Positions 27,036 through 37,358 of a stretch of 64,000 nt of DNA are shown one piece after another; the first letter of the stretch is position 1, and every line of letters begins with the position of its first letter. The translations under genes and the position numbers were made by a program. A model generated the notes under the pieces. That model worked only from the letters and a program-made list of their open reading frames with translations. It was not told where the DNA came from and searched no databases. Origin of the DNA: an uncultured Ruminococcus sp. (GTDB lineage Bacteria > Bacillota > Clostridia > Oscillospirales > Acutalibacteraceae); contig CACXBF010000002.1 of NCBI GenBank assembly GCA_902765855.1, forward strand, positions 216,225-280,224. Reading direction: 5' to 3'.

Positions 27036-29405
27036 ATGTATTTTAGATTACTGAAAAATGAATTAAAGCGAAAAAAGACGATGAATATTGTTCTTTTGCT
27101 GTTTGTAATTTTAGCAGCTATGTTTGCCGCAAGCAGCGTAAGCAATATCATCACCGTCACAAATGGTTTGGATTATTTCTTTGATAAGGCTGGTATGACG
27201 GATTATTATTTTATATCATCACAAACAAACGAAAATAATAATTTATCAAAAATTCTTGACGAAGAAAGTTCAGTTTCAAGCTACAAAAAAGAAAATATCA
27301 TTTTTGCTTCTGCTAGTAGTTTTAAAAATACCGATAATGAAAAATTGACAGATTTTAGTAACCCTGCACTTATAATTTCGATTGATGATGCAAAGTTAAA
27401 TTATTTTGATAGCAACAATGAAATTATAAATAAGATTGATGAAGGAAAAGTTTATTTTTCCAGTTTTCTTGCAAATAAATCAGGGCTTAAAATCGGAGAT
27501 AAGCTTAAACTAAATTTATGTGATACTTCACTTGAACTTGAATACGCAGGTATGGCTAAGGACGCTTTTCTTGGTAGTGATATGATTGGAAATCCACGCT
27601 GTATTCTAAATGATAAGGATTATCAAAAATTATATGAAAATAAATTGATACATTCAGGCTATCTTGGCGAAATATATTATGTAAATACAGATAATATAAG
27701 TGCTTTGGAATCAGCAACTGCAGATTGTGATAATCTTATGTTTCAAGGCTCTGATTCAACCATAAGAGCTACTCATGTTCTGGATATGATTATTGCAGGA
27801 CTTTTATTAGTTGTAAGCGTATGTCTTATACTTGTATCGTTTGTTGTGCTGAAATTCACGATAGGTTTTACTATTAATGAGGAATTCAGAGAAATTGGTG
27901 TTATGAAAGCCATAGGAATTAGAAATAATTCTATTCGTGGACTTTACCTTGTAAAATATCTCGGCATAGCTGTTATCGGTTCTGTAATTGGCTATATTGC
28001 AAGTATACCTTTTGGGAATATAATGCTTTCAAGCATTAGTCAGAATATGGTATTAGGTAATGATAATTCCTTTATAATAGGTGTTTTATGCAGCATTGCC
28101 GTAATTGGAATAATTATGCTGTTTTGCTGGAGTTGTACCAGAAAAATCAAAAAAATGTCGCCTATTGATGCTGTAAGAAATGGACAGACTGGTGAACGCT
28201 TCCGCAAAAAGAGTATTATACATCTTGGTAAAAGCCGACTTGGTACAAATGGTTTTCTTGCTATAAACGATGTTTTAAGCAGTCCGAAGCAATTCTCTAT
28301 AATTACATTGGTATTTACAATTTGTATATCGCTTGTGATAATACTTGCAAATACTGCAAATACACTTAACAGCGAAAAATTACTTTTCCTTTTTGGTACA
28401 ACAAAGAGTGATTTATATTTCAATAGTACCAGTAGAGTTATGGATGTAATGGGTGGAAGTAAGACATTTAAAGATGAATATAAAGAAATTGAAAATCTTC
28501 TTTCCGAAAACAATATGCCTGGTAAAGTACACATCGAAAAAATGTTCAAAATACCTGTTACATCAAGCAAGACTAAGATTAATGTAATGTTTCAACAGTG
28601 TAGTGATACCAAAGCAAGTGACTATACATATAGTCAGGGTACTGCACCAAAATATGAAAATGAAATTGCTATTACAGAACCTATTGCAGAAAGGCTTGGT
28701 GTAGGTATAGGAGATAAGGTAAAGCTAAATATCTGTGGTGAGGAGAAAGAGTATATAGTATCTGCACTTTTTCAAAGCTTTTGCCAACTTGGTGATGTTG
28801 GCAGACTTCACGAAAGTGTTTCAATTCCTGATAATAAAATAAGTTCATCCCTGGCATTCCAAATTGATTTTGATGATAAGCCAAATAGTAAAGAAATAGA
28901 AAACAGAAAAGAAAAGCTTAAAGATATTTTCGATACACAAAAGATATTTGATGCAGAAGAGTTTGTAAAAGACTCTACTGGTGCAGCAGATACTGTAAAC
29001 GGTACAAAAAACCTTGTGCTTATAATTTCTTTATTGATAACAGCTATGATAAGTATACTTATGGAACATTCTTTTATCACAAAAGAAAAATCAGAAATTG
29101 CACTTATGAAAGCAATGGGATTTAAAAGTCGTTCTGTTATTGCACAGCATACATTAAGGTTTGTCATTGTAAGTATTATTGCTGCTATAATTTCATTGGC
29201 ACTTAGTTTACCACTTACCAAACTTTGCATTAACCCGATATTCTCGTTTATGGGAGCGGTTAGTGGCATAGAATACGAGATTAAACCTTTTGAGGTATTT
29301 GTGATTTATCCTATTATAATTTTGGTGTCAATAATTGCAGGCACATTTTTTACATCACTTCATACAAAAGCAATCAAGGCATCAGATACTTCTGATATTG
29401 AATAG
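27036..29405 (+). CDS. ABC transporter permease with two FtsX/MacB-type domains and two large extracytoplasmic domains
   Basis: 789 aa. Two FtsX-like TM clusters (around aa 250-370 and 660-785), each preceded by a TM helix and a ~200-aa soluble domain. Confidence 0.85.
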   Translation: MYFRLLKNELKRKKTMNIVLLLFVILAAMFAASSVSNIITVTNGLDYFFDKAGMTDYYFISSQTNENNNLSKILDEESSVSSYKKENIIFASASSFKNTDNEKLTDFSNPALIISIDDAKLNYFDSNNEIINKIDEGKVYFSSFLANKSGLKIGDKLKLNLCDTSLELEYAGMAKDAFLGSDMIGNPRCILNDKDYQKLYENKLIHSGYLGEIYYVNTDNISALESATADCDNLMFQGSDSTIRATHVLDMIIAGLLLVVSVCLILVSFVVLKFTIGFTINEEFREIGVMKAIGIRNNSIRGLYLVKYLGIAVIGSVIGYIASIPFGNIMLSSISQNMVLGNDNSFIIGVLCSIAVIGIIMLFCWSCTRKIKKMSPIDAVRNGQTGERFRKKSIIHLGKSRLGTNGFLAINDVLSSPKQFSIITLVFTICISLVIILANTANTLNSEKLLFLFGTTKSDLYFNSTSRVMDVMGGSKTFKDEYKEIENLLSENNMPGKVHIEKMFKIPVTSSKTKINVMFQQCSDTKASDYTYSQGTAPKYENEIAITEPIAERLGVGIGDKVKLNICGEEKEYIVSALFQSFCQLGDVGRLHESVSIPDNKISSSLAFQIDFDDKPNSKEIENRKEKLKDIFDTQKIFDAEEFVKDSTGAADTVNGTKNLVLIISLLITAMISILMEHSFITKEKSEIALMKAMGFKSRSVIAQHTLRFVIVSIIAAIISLALSLPLTKLCINPIFSFMGAVSGIEYEIKPFEVFVIYPIIILVSIIAGTFFTSLHTKAIKASDTSDIE

Positions 29406-29420
29406 AAAGGTAGAATATAT

Positions 29421-30179
29421 ATGGGAAACATACTTGAAGTAAAAGATTTATGCAAGACTTATATTATAAATAAAAGGCAGAATAATGTTCTCCGAAATGT
29501 TAATTTCACTATTGAAAAAGGCGAAATGGTTGCAATTATGGGACCATCGGGTTCAGGAAAATCTACATTACTTTATACCGTTTCAGGAATGGATAAAATG
29601 ACCGCAGGAGAAGTTATTTTCTGTGGAAAGAATATGTCAGAGCTAAATGAAAATGAACTTGCTAAAATGCGTCTTGACGATATGGGATTTATATTTCAGC
29701 AAATGTATATGATGAAAAATCTTTCGATAATTGATAATATAATTTTGCCCGCAGTGAAATCTAAAAAGACAAGCGAAAGTCGAAAAGAAACTCTTAAAAG
29801 AGGTCAAGAACTAATGAAAAAACTTGGAATTATAGATATTGCTGATAATGACATAAATGAGGTTTCTGGCGGACAGCTGCAAAGGGCTTGCATATGTCGC
29901 AGTATGATAAATTATCCGGATATGATTTTTGCTGATGAACCTACCGGTGCATTGAATCGTAGTTCATCAGAGGAAGTTATGAATGAGCTTACCAATATCA
30001 ATAATGAAGGTACAACTATTATGCTCGTTACTCACGATGCAAAAGTAGCCGCAAAATGTACGAGGGTTTTATTTATTGTTGACGGCAACATAAACGGGCA
30101 GTATAATATAGACAGGAAACATTCTATGCGTGAGAGAGAGCGTGAATTGAATAATTGGTTGATTGAAATGGGTTGGTAA
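29421..30179 (+). CDS. ABC transporter ATP-binding protein (MacB/BceA-like)
   Basis: Walker A GPSGSGKST, signature VSGGQLQR, Walker B FADEPT. Confidence 0.9.
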   Translation: MGNILEVKDLCKTYIINKRQNNVLRNVNFTIEKGEMVAIMGPSGSGKSTLLYTVSGMDKMTAGEVIFCGKNMSELNENELAKMRLDDMGFIFQQMYMMKNLSIIDNIILPAVKSKKTSESRKETLKRGQELMKKLGIIDIADNDINEVSGGQLQRACICRSMINYPDMIFADEPTGALNRSSSEEVMNELTNINNEGTTIMLVTHDAKVAAKCTRVLFIVDGNINGQYNIDRKHSMRERERELNNWLIEMGW

Positions 30180-30180
30180 A

Positions 30181-30861
30181 GTGGTTGATATACTTATAGT
30201 TGAAGATAATCGAGAAATTTGCAACTTACTCTGCGATTTTCTTCGTGCAGAAAATTATACTGTCAGCACCGCAAATAATGGGGAAAAAGCCTTGTCACTG
30301 TATGAAAAATACGGGGCAAGGCTTGTCCTGCTTGATATAAATTTACCCGGAATTGATGGTTTTGCAGTATGTAAGAAAATAAGAGAAAAAGATAATACCC
30401 CTATAATTATTCTTACAGCGAGAGCCGAAAAAGAAGATAAGCTAAACGGAATCATTTTGGGTGCAGATGATTATATCGAAAAGCCATATGATATTGATAT
30501 ACTTATAGCAAAAATTAAAGGTATTTTTAAACGGAGGCTTTCAATAGATATTTTAACTGATGGTAATATTACACTTAATCTCTCTACTGAAACAGTTACA
30601 AAAAATGGTAAATCAATAGATATGACAGCTAAGGAATTTGCACTTTTATATTTGCTTATAGAAAATAAAGGAAAAACTCTCAGCAAAGATTATATTTTTA
30701 ATAAAATATGGGGAACTGAAAGTGAATCAGAACAGCAGACATTGACAGTTCATATAAAATGGCTTAGAGAAAAGATAGAAGATAATCCCAAAAATCCTAC
30801 AAAAATATTGACAGTGTGGGGAAAAGGCTATCGTTGGGAGAGCAAAAATGAAAACCTTTGA
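30181..30861 (+). CDS. OmpR-family response regulator
   Basis: ILIVEDN and LLDINLPGIDG receiver motifs plus winged-helix output. GTG at 30181 starts 2 nt after the ATPase stop. The ORF-track start 30163 would overlap. Confidence 0.9.
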   Translation: MVDILIVEDNREICNLLCDFLRAENYTVSTANNGEKALSLYEKYGARLVLLDINLPGIDGFAVCKKIREKDNTPIIILTARAEKEDKLNGIILGADDYIEKPYDIDILIAKIKGIFKRRLSIDILTDGNITLNLSTETVTKNGKSIDMTAKEFALLYLLIENKGKTLSKDYIFNKIWGTESESEQQTLTVHIKWLREKIEDNPKNPTKILTVWGKGYRWESKNENL

Positions 30862-32083
30862 TAGATTGATTTTTATATTTGCTGTTATTGGAATCTTATC
30901 TCTAATAATTATAAATATTCTGATGTTTCATTCAGATTCTAATAATGATAAAACTTATATGGTAGAAATAAATCGTATTGAAAATCAGCTTTCAGTGAAC
31001 GAAAATATTAACATTAAAGATTATAATACTATTATTGGTATTTATAAATATGATAAATCTGATGATGAAAACTTATATAAAACTGAAAATAAATATGTAA
31101 TAAGAAAGATAAATAATAGTTTATATAGAATAGAATATAATGATAATATAACTAATTATGATATAAAAATCCCAATTACAATAAACATTATAATATTTGT
31201 AACTTTTGTTTTTGTTGTAGTATTACTTCTATATGTAAGAAAAAATATAATAAAGCCATTTAGTAAGCTAAGTAACTTGCCCTATAACCTTGCAAAAGGA
31301 AATCTTACTACCCCTATAAAAGAAAATAAAAGTCGATATTTTGGTAAATATATCTGGGGAATAAATATGTTAAGAGAAACTCTTGAAACTTCCAAAAATC
31401 GAGAGTTAAAACATATTAAGAAAGAAAAAACCTTGCTACTTTCGCTTTCACATGATATAAAAACGCCTCTTTCAGCAATAAAACTCTATTCAAAGGCTAT
31501 TTCAAAATCTGTATATAGTATTGAAAAACAAAGAGAAATAGCTGAGAATATAAATACAAAGGCTGATGAAATAGAGGATTTTGTAGATGAAATAATCAGA
31601 AAATCAAGTAGTGAATTTATGTCTTTTGAAATAAATAAAACAGATTTTTATTTATCTGAAGTCATAAACAAAATTTCTGATTATTACACAGAAAAGCTAA
31701 AATTACTTAATGTAGCTTTTAAAATAGAACCATATATTAATTGTATGATTTCTGGCGACAGAGACAGACTTGAAGAAGTTTTGCAGAATATAATCGAAAA
31801 CGCAATAAAATATGGTGATGGCAGATATATTTCTATTTCTTTTTCTAACGAAGAAGATTGCCGCCTTATTACAGTATCTAATAGTGGATGTACACTTTCA
31901 GATTCTGAACTTCCACATATATTTGAGAGCTTTTGGCGTGGTTCAAATGTAAAGACTCAACAAGGTAATGGATTGGGACTATTTATATGTCGTCAACTTA
32001 TGAAAGGTATGAATGGAGATATTTTTGCAGAAATATCTGATGAAAATATGAATGTCACTTTAGTATGCAGAAAAGCTGAATAA
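30848..32083 (+). CDS. Sensor histidine kinase (two TM helices, ~80-aa extracytoplasmic loop)
   Basis: H-box LSHDIKTPLSAI and HATPase blocks (NAIKYGD, GNGLGLFICRQL). Overlaps the regulator gene by 14 nt. Confidence 0.9.
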   Translation: MKTFDRLIFIFAVIGILSLIIINILMFHSDSNNDKTYMVEINRIENQLSVNENINIKDYNTIIGIYKYDKSDDENLYKTENKYVIRKINNSLYRIEYNDNITNYDIKIPITINIIIFVTFVFVVVLLLYVRKNIIKPFSKLSNLPYNLAKGNLTTPIKENKSRYFGKYIWGINMLRETLETSKNRELKHIKKEKTLLLSLSHDIKTPLSAIKLYSKAISKSVYSIEKQREIAENINTKADEIEDFVDEIIRKSSSEFMSFEINKTDFYLSEVINKISDYYTEKLKLLNVAFKIEPYINCMISGDRDRLEEVLQNIIENAIKYGDGRYISISFSNEEDCRLITVSNSGCTLSDSELPHIFESFWRGSNVKTQQGNGLGLFICRQLMKGMNGDIFAEISDENMNVTLVCRKAE

Positions 32084-32095
32084 TTAAATAACTTA

Positions 32096-32135
32096 AAAAG
32101 GGTGTATAAGCTAAGGATGACTTATACACCCTTTT
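32096..32135 (+). terminator. Intrinsic terminator
   Basis: Stem AAAAGGGTGTATAAG / CTTATACACCCTTTT. Confidence 0.8.
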
Positions 32136-32367
32136 AATATAAGCTGGTTTTTTTATTCATAATTATATTAATTTTTCTAAGTTTTGTGATAGTTAGCTTG
32201 AGAAGTATGTTTGTTAGTGATATAATATTTAAGTACGGCTTATTTTTGCTAATAATTTTATTTTTAAATTTGTAAGATTTTATTTGGTGTAGGGGGTACA
32301 CTAAAATATATCTAAAAATTTCAGAAAAATATGCCTTAATAAAATGATTGGGGGATTATATTGATTT

Positions 32368-33774
32368 ATGGATACGCAGACGAAAAGAAATTCGTTTAAA
32401 GGTTCATTAGGTTTTGTGCTTGCTGCGGCAGGAAGTGCTGTTGGTTTGGGAAACATCTGGAGATTTCCATATCTTGCGGCAAAAGACGGCGGAGGAATGT
32501 TCCTTGTAATTTATATCATTCTTGCACTTACCTTTGGCTTTACTCTGCTTATAACAGAAATTGCAATCGGAAGAAAGACGAAACAAAGTCCTTTAACAGC
32601 CTATGGTAAGCTTAATAAAAAATGGAAGGGTTTAGGAGTAATCGCTTGTCTTGTGCCTATAATTATTTTGCCTTATTATTGCGCTATCGGTGGTTGGGTA
32701 CTTAAATACTTCCTTGTATATCTTACAGGAAATGGCTCAAGTGCCGCTCAAGATGGATATTTTACATCATTCATCTCTGGAAACTACGAGCCTATTATTA
32801 TGCTTTTGATTTTTCTTTTTGCAACAGCCTTTGTTATATTCAGAGGTGTAAATAAAGGTATAGAATCATTTTCAAAGATTCTTATGCCAATTTTAATTTT
32901 ACTTGTTGTTGTCATCGCAGTATTTTCACTTACAATCAGTCATACAGACGAAAATGGTGTTACAAGAACCGGTTTACAAGGGCTTATGGTTTATATTGTT
33001 CCGAATTTTGAAGGAATGACTATAAAGAGCTTTTTCTCCGTTTTGCTTGACGCTATGGGACAGCTATTTTTCAGCTTAAGCGTTGCAATGGGAATTATGA
33101 TTGCCTACGGTTCATATGTCAGTGATAAAGCTGACCTTAAAAAATCAATAAATCAGATTGAAATTTTTGATACGGCAGTTGCTTTTCTTGCAGGCGTTAT
33201 GATTATTCCTGCTGTATTTACATTCGCAGGTGTCGAGGGAATGGAAGCATCCGGTCCAAGTCTTATGTTTGTTTCATTGCCAAAAGTTTTTGCAGCTATG
33301 GGTTCAATAGGAAATGTTGTAGGTTGTCTTTTCTTTGCTATGGTTCTTTTTGCGGCATTGACAAGCTCTGTATCTATTATGGAAGCAATAGTATCAAGCT
33401 TTATGGATAAATTCAAATTTTCGAGAGTAAAGGCGGCCTCTCTTGAAACAGCGATTGCTATTGCAGCAGGTATAGTTGTTTGTTTGGGATATAACATACT
33501 TTATTTTGAAATGCCATTACCAAACGGTACAACTGCGCAAATTCTTGATATTATGGATTATATAAGCAACAACTTCTTTATGCCATTAGTAGCAATAGGA
33601 ACTTGTATTCTTATTGGCTGGGTTGTTAAGCCAAAAACAGTTATTGATGAGGTCGAGAAAAATGGTGAAAAAATGGGCAGAAAAAGATTATATATTGTAA
33701 TGATTAAATATATAGCTTTAATTATGCTTGTTATACTTTTCTTAAAATCAATAGGCGTTTTAACAATAATATAA
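32368..33774 (+). CDS. Sodium-dependent transporter, neurotransmitter:sodium symporter (SNF) family
   Basis: Hallmark GSAVGLGNIWRFPYL motif near the N-terminus, about 11-12 TM helices. Confidence 0.9.
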   Translation: MDTQTKRNSFKGSLGFVLAAAGSAVGLGNIWRFPYLAAKDGGGMFLVIYIILALTFGFTLLITEIAIGRKTKQSPLTAYGKLNKKWKGLGVIACLVPIIILPYYCAIGGWVLKYFLVYLTGNGSSAAQDGYFTSFISGNYEPIIMLLIFLFATAFVIFRGVNKGIESFSKILMPILILLVVVIAVFSLTISHTDENGVTRTGLQGLMVYIVPNFEGMTIKSFFSVLLDAMGQLFFSLSVAMGIMIAYGSYVSDKADLKKSINQIEIFDTAVAFLAGVMIIPAVFTFAGVEGMEASGPSLMFVSLPKVFAAMGSIGNVVGCLFFAMVLFAALTSSVSIMEAIVSSFMDKFKFSRVKAASLETAIAIAAGIVVCLGYNILYFEMPLPNGTTAQILDIMDYISNNFFMPLVAIGTCILIGWVVKPKTVIDEVEKNGEKMGRKRLYIVMIKYIALIMLVILFLKSIGVLTII

Positions 33775-33803
33775 CACTTATTGAGAACTGTATGGGGTAA
33801 AAT

Positions 33804-34505
33804 ATGACAGATTTTAAAAAAGGCTTAAAGGACGGAATACCGATAGCCTTAGGGTATATATCAGTTTCTTTTACATTCGGACTACAAGCAGTAAGCGTAG
33901 GCTTAGCTTGGTGGGAAGCAGTAATGATTTCTTTTACAAATCTTACATCGGCAGGACAATTTGCAGGACTCGATATAATGGTAAGGGGTGGAGGCTTTTG
34001 GATGGAAATGGCTTGTACCCAATTTATAATAAATCTTAGGTATTCGTTGATGTCGTTATCTCTTTCGCAGAAAACCGATGAAAGCGTAAAGGGCATACAT
34101 CGGTGGATAACGGGCTTTGGAATTACTGATGAGATATTCGCAGTATCAATGGGAAATGAAAAAGAAATAAGCAATAAATATCTTTATGGTGTAATTCTTC
34201 TTCCGATTTTAGGTTGGACAGGGGGAACTCTTTTAGGAGTTACTGCCGGAAGCGTTTTACCAAGCGTTGTAAGAGATTCTATGTGCATAGCTATTTATGG
34301 AATGTTTATTGCAATAATAATTCCGCCTGCTAAGAAAAATTCAGCAATATTTAAAGTAGTAATAATTTCTGTATTATTGAGCTGTATCTTTAAATGGGTA
34401 CCCGTTTTAAATAATGTTTCAAGCGGGTTTGTAATTATTATATGCACAATAATTGCAGCATCAATCGGTGCAATTTTCTTTCCTGTTAAGGAGGAAAAAG
34501 AATGA
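33804..34505 (+). CDS. azlC: AzlC-family branched-chain amino acid exporter subunit
   Basis: Start pattern FKKGLKDGIPIALGYISVSFTFG and ~230-aa multi-TM protein, followed by a small AzlD-like partner with a 4-nt overlap. Confidence 0.85.
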   Translation: MTDFKKGLKDGIPIALGYISVSFTFGLQAVSVGLAWWEAVMISFTNLTSAGQFAGLDIMVRGGGFWMEMACTQFIINLRYSLMSLSLSQKTDESVKGIHRWITGFGITDEIFAVSMGNEKEISNKYLYGVILLPILGWTGGTLLGVTAGSVLPSVVRDSMCIAIYGMFIAIIIPPAKKNSAIFKVVIISVLLSCIFKWVPVLNNVSSGFVIIICTIIAASIGAIFFPVKEEKE

Positions 34506-34819
34506 TTGTAAGAGATTTTTTCATTTATCTTTTTATTATGGCGGGTGTTACATATCTTATAAGAGTTCTTCCATTTGTAATTTTCAAAGGGAAAATCACA
34601 AACACATTTATAAAAAGCTTTCTTTATTATGTTCCATATGCTGTGCTTGGTGCAATGACATTCCCAGCGATATTGTTTTCAACAGGTAATTACATTTCAT
34701 CTGTTGCAGGATTTATAGTAGCTTGCATATTGGCTTTTAAGGAAAAAAGCTTATTGATTGTAGCAATTTTTGCCTGTGTCACAGCGTTAGCAGTAAATTT
34801 AATTTGTATGGCAGTATAA
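34502..34819 (+). CDS. azlD: AzlD-family branched-chain amino acid exporter subunit
   Basis: 105-aa, 4-TM protein translationally coupled to azlC. Confidence 0.8.
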   Translation: MIVRDFFIYLFIMAGVTYLIRVLPFVIFKGKITNTFIKSFLYYVPYAVLGAMTFPAILFSTGNYISSVAGFIVACILAFKEKSLLIVAIFACVTALAVNLICMAV

Positions 34820-34825
34820 GACTAA

Positions 34826-34868
34826 AAACACCAAGAAAAGCTTTTAAAAAGAATTTTCTTGGTGTTTA
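34826..34868 (+). terminator. Intrinsic terminator
   Basis: Stem AAACACCAAGAAAA / TTTTCTTGGTGTTT. Confidence 0.75.
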
Positions 34869-35074
34869 ACTTTTAATATTTAAGATTGTCATTTAGCTTT
34901 ATATACCCACTATTTTATATATAATACTTAGTGCAAACTGTACTATTTTATTTTCACAATAAAAAAATATTTAATATTAACAGAGAATTTACAATATATT
35001 AATTTACGAACTTAGCAAAATATAGTATCATTACTTATAAACACATTTCTGATGTGTTTATTTGGAGTGATGAT

Positions 35075-35968
35075 GTGTTTGGCTATTTAAAACCTGATAA
35101 GCCTGAGCTTAAAATTCGTGAATATGAAGAATATAAAAGTGTATATTGTGGGCTTTGTAAGTATCTTGGCAAAGACTATGGAATAGTTTCACGACTTACA
35201 CTCAGCTATGACTGCACATTAATTGCAATGCTTATAATGTCGCTTAGAAATGAAAGTATCAATTATTCAAAAAAACGATGTGTTGTAAATCCGCTGAAAA
35301 AATGTAATTTTTGTTTTTCAAATGGAGAAAGCTATCATTTTGCAGGCGCAGTTTCTGTAATTATGACCTACTATAAGCTTGAGGACACTATTTTGGACTC
35401 AGGTTTTTTTAAGGCGACAGCAGCAAGGTTTTTAAAGCTTATTTTCAAAAGAAGTCACAAAAAGGCTGTTGCTGCTTATCCTGAAATTGAAAAAATCACA
35501 AAGAATATGATGTCAGAACAGCTTGAAATTGAAAAAAGTCAAAATAATAGTATCGACCGTTCGGCGGACCCTACTGCAAAAGCTATCTCAAATTTATGTT
35601 TGCTTTTTGCAAAAAATGATGATGAAAAAATCATTCTTAAAGAATTTGGGTATTATATTGGAAGATGGATTTATCTTATGGACGCTGCCGATGATTATTT
35701 TGAAGATAAACAAAATAAATCATTTAATCCTTTTGCAAGCCATTTTAACAATTCTGATAACATTTCTAATTTTGAAATTATGGATTATTGTAATTCTACA
35801 CTTAATTTAACTGTTTCAATGTCAATTTCTGCGTTTAATCTTCTTGATTTAACGCTATATAAACCCGTTTTAGAAAATATAATGAACCTTGGGCTTGCTT
35901 CTGCACAGAAACAATGCTTATTTATTAATAAGAAGAAATATTTTGAAAGAAGTGATATAGATGAATGA
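35075..35968 (+). CDS. DUF5685-family protein (Cys-motif protein of unknown function)
   Basis: N-terminus [36 protein letters not shown] recalls the DUF5685 family. GTG at 35075 lies 7 nt after GGAG. Contains CxxC and C-x7-C-x2-C motifs. Confidence 0.7.
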   Translation: MFGYLKPDKPELKIREYEEYKSVYCGLCKYLGKDYGIVSRLTLSYDCTLIAMLIMSLRNESINYSKKRCVVNPLKKCNFCFSNGESYHFAGAVSVIMTYYKLEDTILDSGFFKATAARFLKLIFKRSHKKAVAAYPEIEKITKNMMSEQLEIEKSQNNSIDRSADPTAKAISNLCLLFAKNDDEKIILKEFGYYIGRWIYLMDAADDYFEDKQNKSFNPFASHFNNSDNISNFEIMDYCNSTLNLTVSMSISAFNLLDLTLYKPVLENIMNLGLASAQKQCLFINKKKYFERSDIDE

Positions 35969-36569
35969 CCCATATAGCGTTCTTGGTCTTGACAGTAGTG
36001 CTTCTGAGGAGGAAGTAAAAAAAGCATATCGTGAGCTTGCTAAAAAATATCACCCTGATAATTATCAAGATGGTCCACTTGCAGATTATGCCTCTAAAAA
36101 GATGGCAGAGATAAATGAAGCTTATGACCAAATTATATCCGAGAAGAGAGCCGCTAAAAAAGGGGGAAATAATGAATATTATAACGCCGGAACGGCCCGC
36201 ACCTCTTCAAATTATGCTGATGTAAGAAATCTATTAAATACCGGAAGGTTTCAGGAAGCTGAACAAATTCTTAATGGTATTCCTGTTGAAGGTCGTGACG
36301 CTGAATGGTATTTCTTAAATGGCGTTATTATGTCAAATAAAGGCTGGCTCGACGATGCTTATACCAGCTTTCAAACAGCTTGTCAAATGGACCCTTCAAA
36401 TAAAGAATATAATGCAGCATATAACCGAATGAAAAATCGCAGAAATGGTTCAAACGGCGGATATGATAGGGGAAATGGACCTGTTTTTTGCTGCACTCCT
36501 TGCGATATCTGTACAAGTCTTGCTTGTGCGGATTGTTTCTGTGACTGTTGCTGTAATTCTTGCCGTTAA
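35961..36569 (+). CDS. J-domain protein with TPR-like middle region and C-terminal cysteine string
   Basis: J-domain [31 protein letters not shown] with the HPD tripeptide. The C-terminal 26 aa [26 protein letters not shown] contain 11 Cys. The start overlaps the upstream stop by 8 nt. Confidence 0.85.
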   Translation: MNDPYSVLGLDSSASEEEVKKAYRELAKKYHPDNYQDGPLADYASKKMAEINEAYDQIISEKRAAKKGGNNEYYNAGTARTSSNYADVRNLLNTGRFQEAEQILNGIPVEGRDAEWYFLNGVIMSNKGWLDDAYTSFQTACQMDPSNKEYNAAYNRMKNRRNGSNGGYDRGNGPVFCCTPCDICTSLACADCFCDCCCNSCR

Positions 36570-36585
36570 TGGAGGCTTTTAAATT

Positions 36586-37119
36586 ATGAAGCAAAATAAA
36601 AAGCTAATCATAAGCTCAATGGTAGCCGCCCTTGCTTTATTTTTAATGATAATTGCCGGTCTTATACCAATAGGAACATATGCCGTACCTGTGGTTGCAA
36701 GCTTGCTTTATATCGTGCTTATAAAAGAAGTTGGTTATGGCTGGGCAATAATGGCATATGCAGTAACTGCTATTATGTCATTGATTCTTTGTGCCGATAA
36801 AGAAACAGCTATTAATTTTATACTTTTCTTTGGATATTATCCTATCTTAAAAATGTTGCTTGAAAAGATAAAACCTTTAGTTCTGAGGATAATCATTAAG
36901 CTGATAATTTTCAATGTGGCTATGATAGCGATATTTTATATAGCAACTTTCATTCTTATGATTCCTGCTTCGGCATATACAGTATTTGGATTATATATTC
37001 CATGGATAATACTTGCAGTTGGTAATGTGGTCTTTATCATCTATGACTATGCATTGACAGGTCTTACAGCGCAATATGACAGATATTGGAGTAAAATCGT
37101 TGGGAAAATTATCAAATGA
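36586..37119 (+). CDS. Integral membrane protein (5-6 TM), unknown function
   Basis: 177-aa hydrophobic ORF starting 16 nt after the J-protein stop, preceded by GGAGG. Confidence 0.65.
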   Translation: MKQNKKLIISSMVAALALFLMIIAGLIPIGTYAVPVVASLLYIVLIKEVGYGWAIMAYAVTAIMSLILCADKETAINFILFFGYYPILKMLLEKIKPLVLRIIIKLIIFNVAMIAIFYIATFILMIPASAYTVFGLYIPWIILAVGNVVFIIYDYALTGLTAQYDRYWSKIVGKIIK

Positions 37120-37164
37120 TAAAATCCTGATTATAAGCTTATAATATATATGTAGATTTAGATA

Positions 37165-37205
37165 GCATAACATTTCAGAATAATCTGAGATATTATGCTA
37201 TTTTC
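37165..37205 (+). terminator. Intrinsic terminator (same hairpin family as 26941..26976)
   Basis: 5' arm GCATAACATTTC is identical to the 26.9-kb terminator. The 3' arm is GAGATATTATGC, followed by a T-rich tract. Confidence 0.6.
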
Positions 37206-37358
37206 TTATACGAAAATATAAGATTATAGCAATATATACACCAATTTGTCAAACTGTACACCCCGAAAATATCAAAACTGTACTTTTTAATAGGTGCAAA
37301 CGTATGTTATAATATAAACGCTTTTTTAAAAATATTATAAAAACAAGAGGTTAAGATA

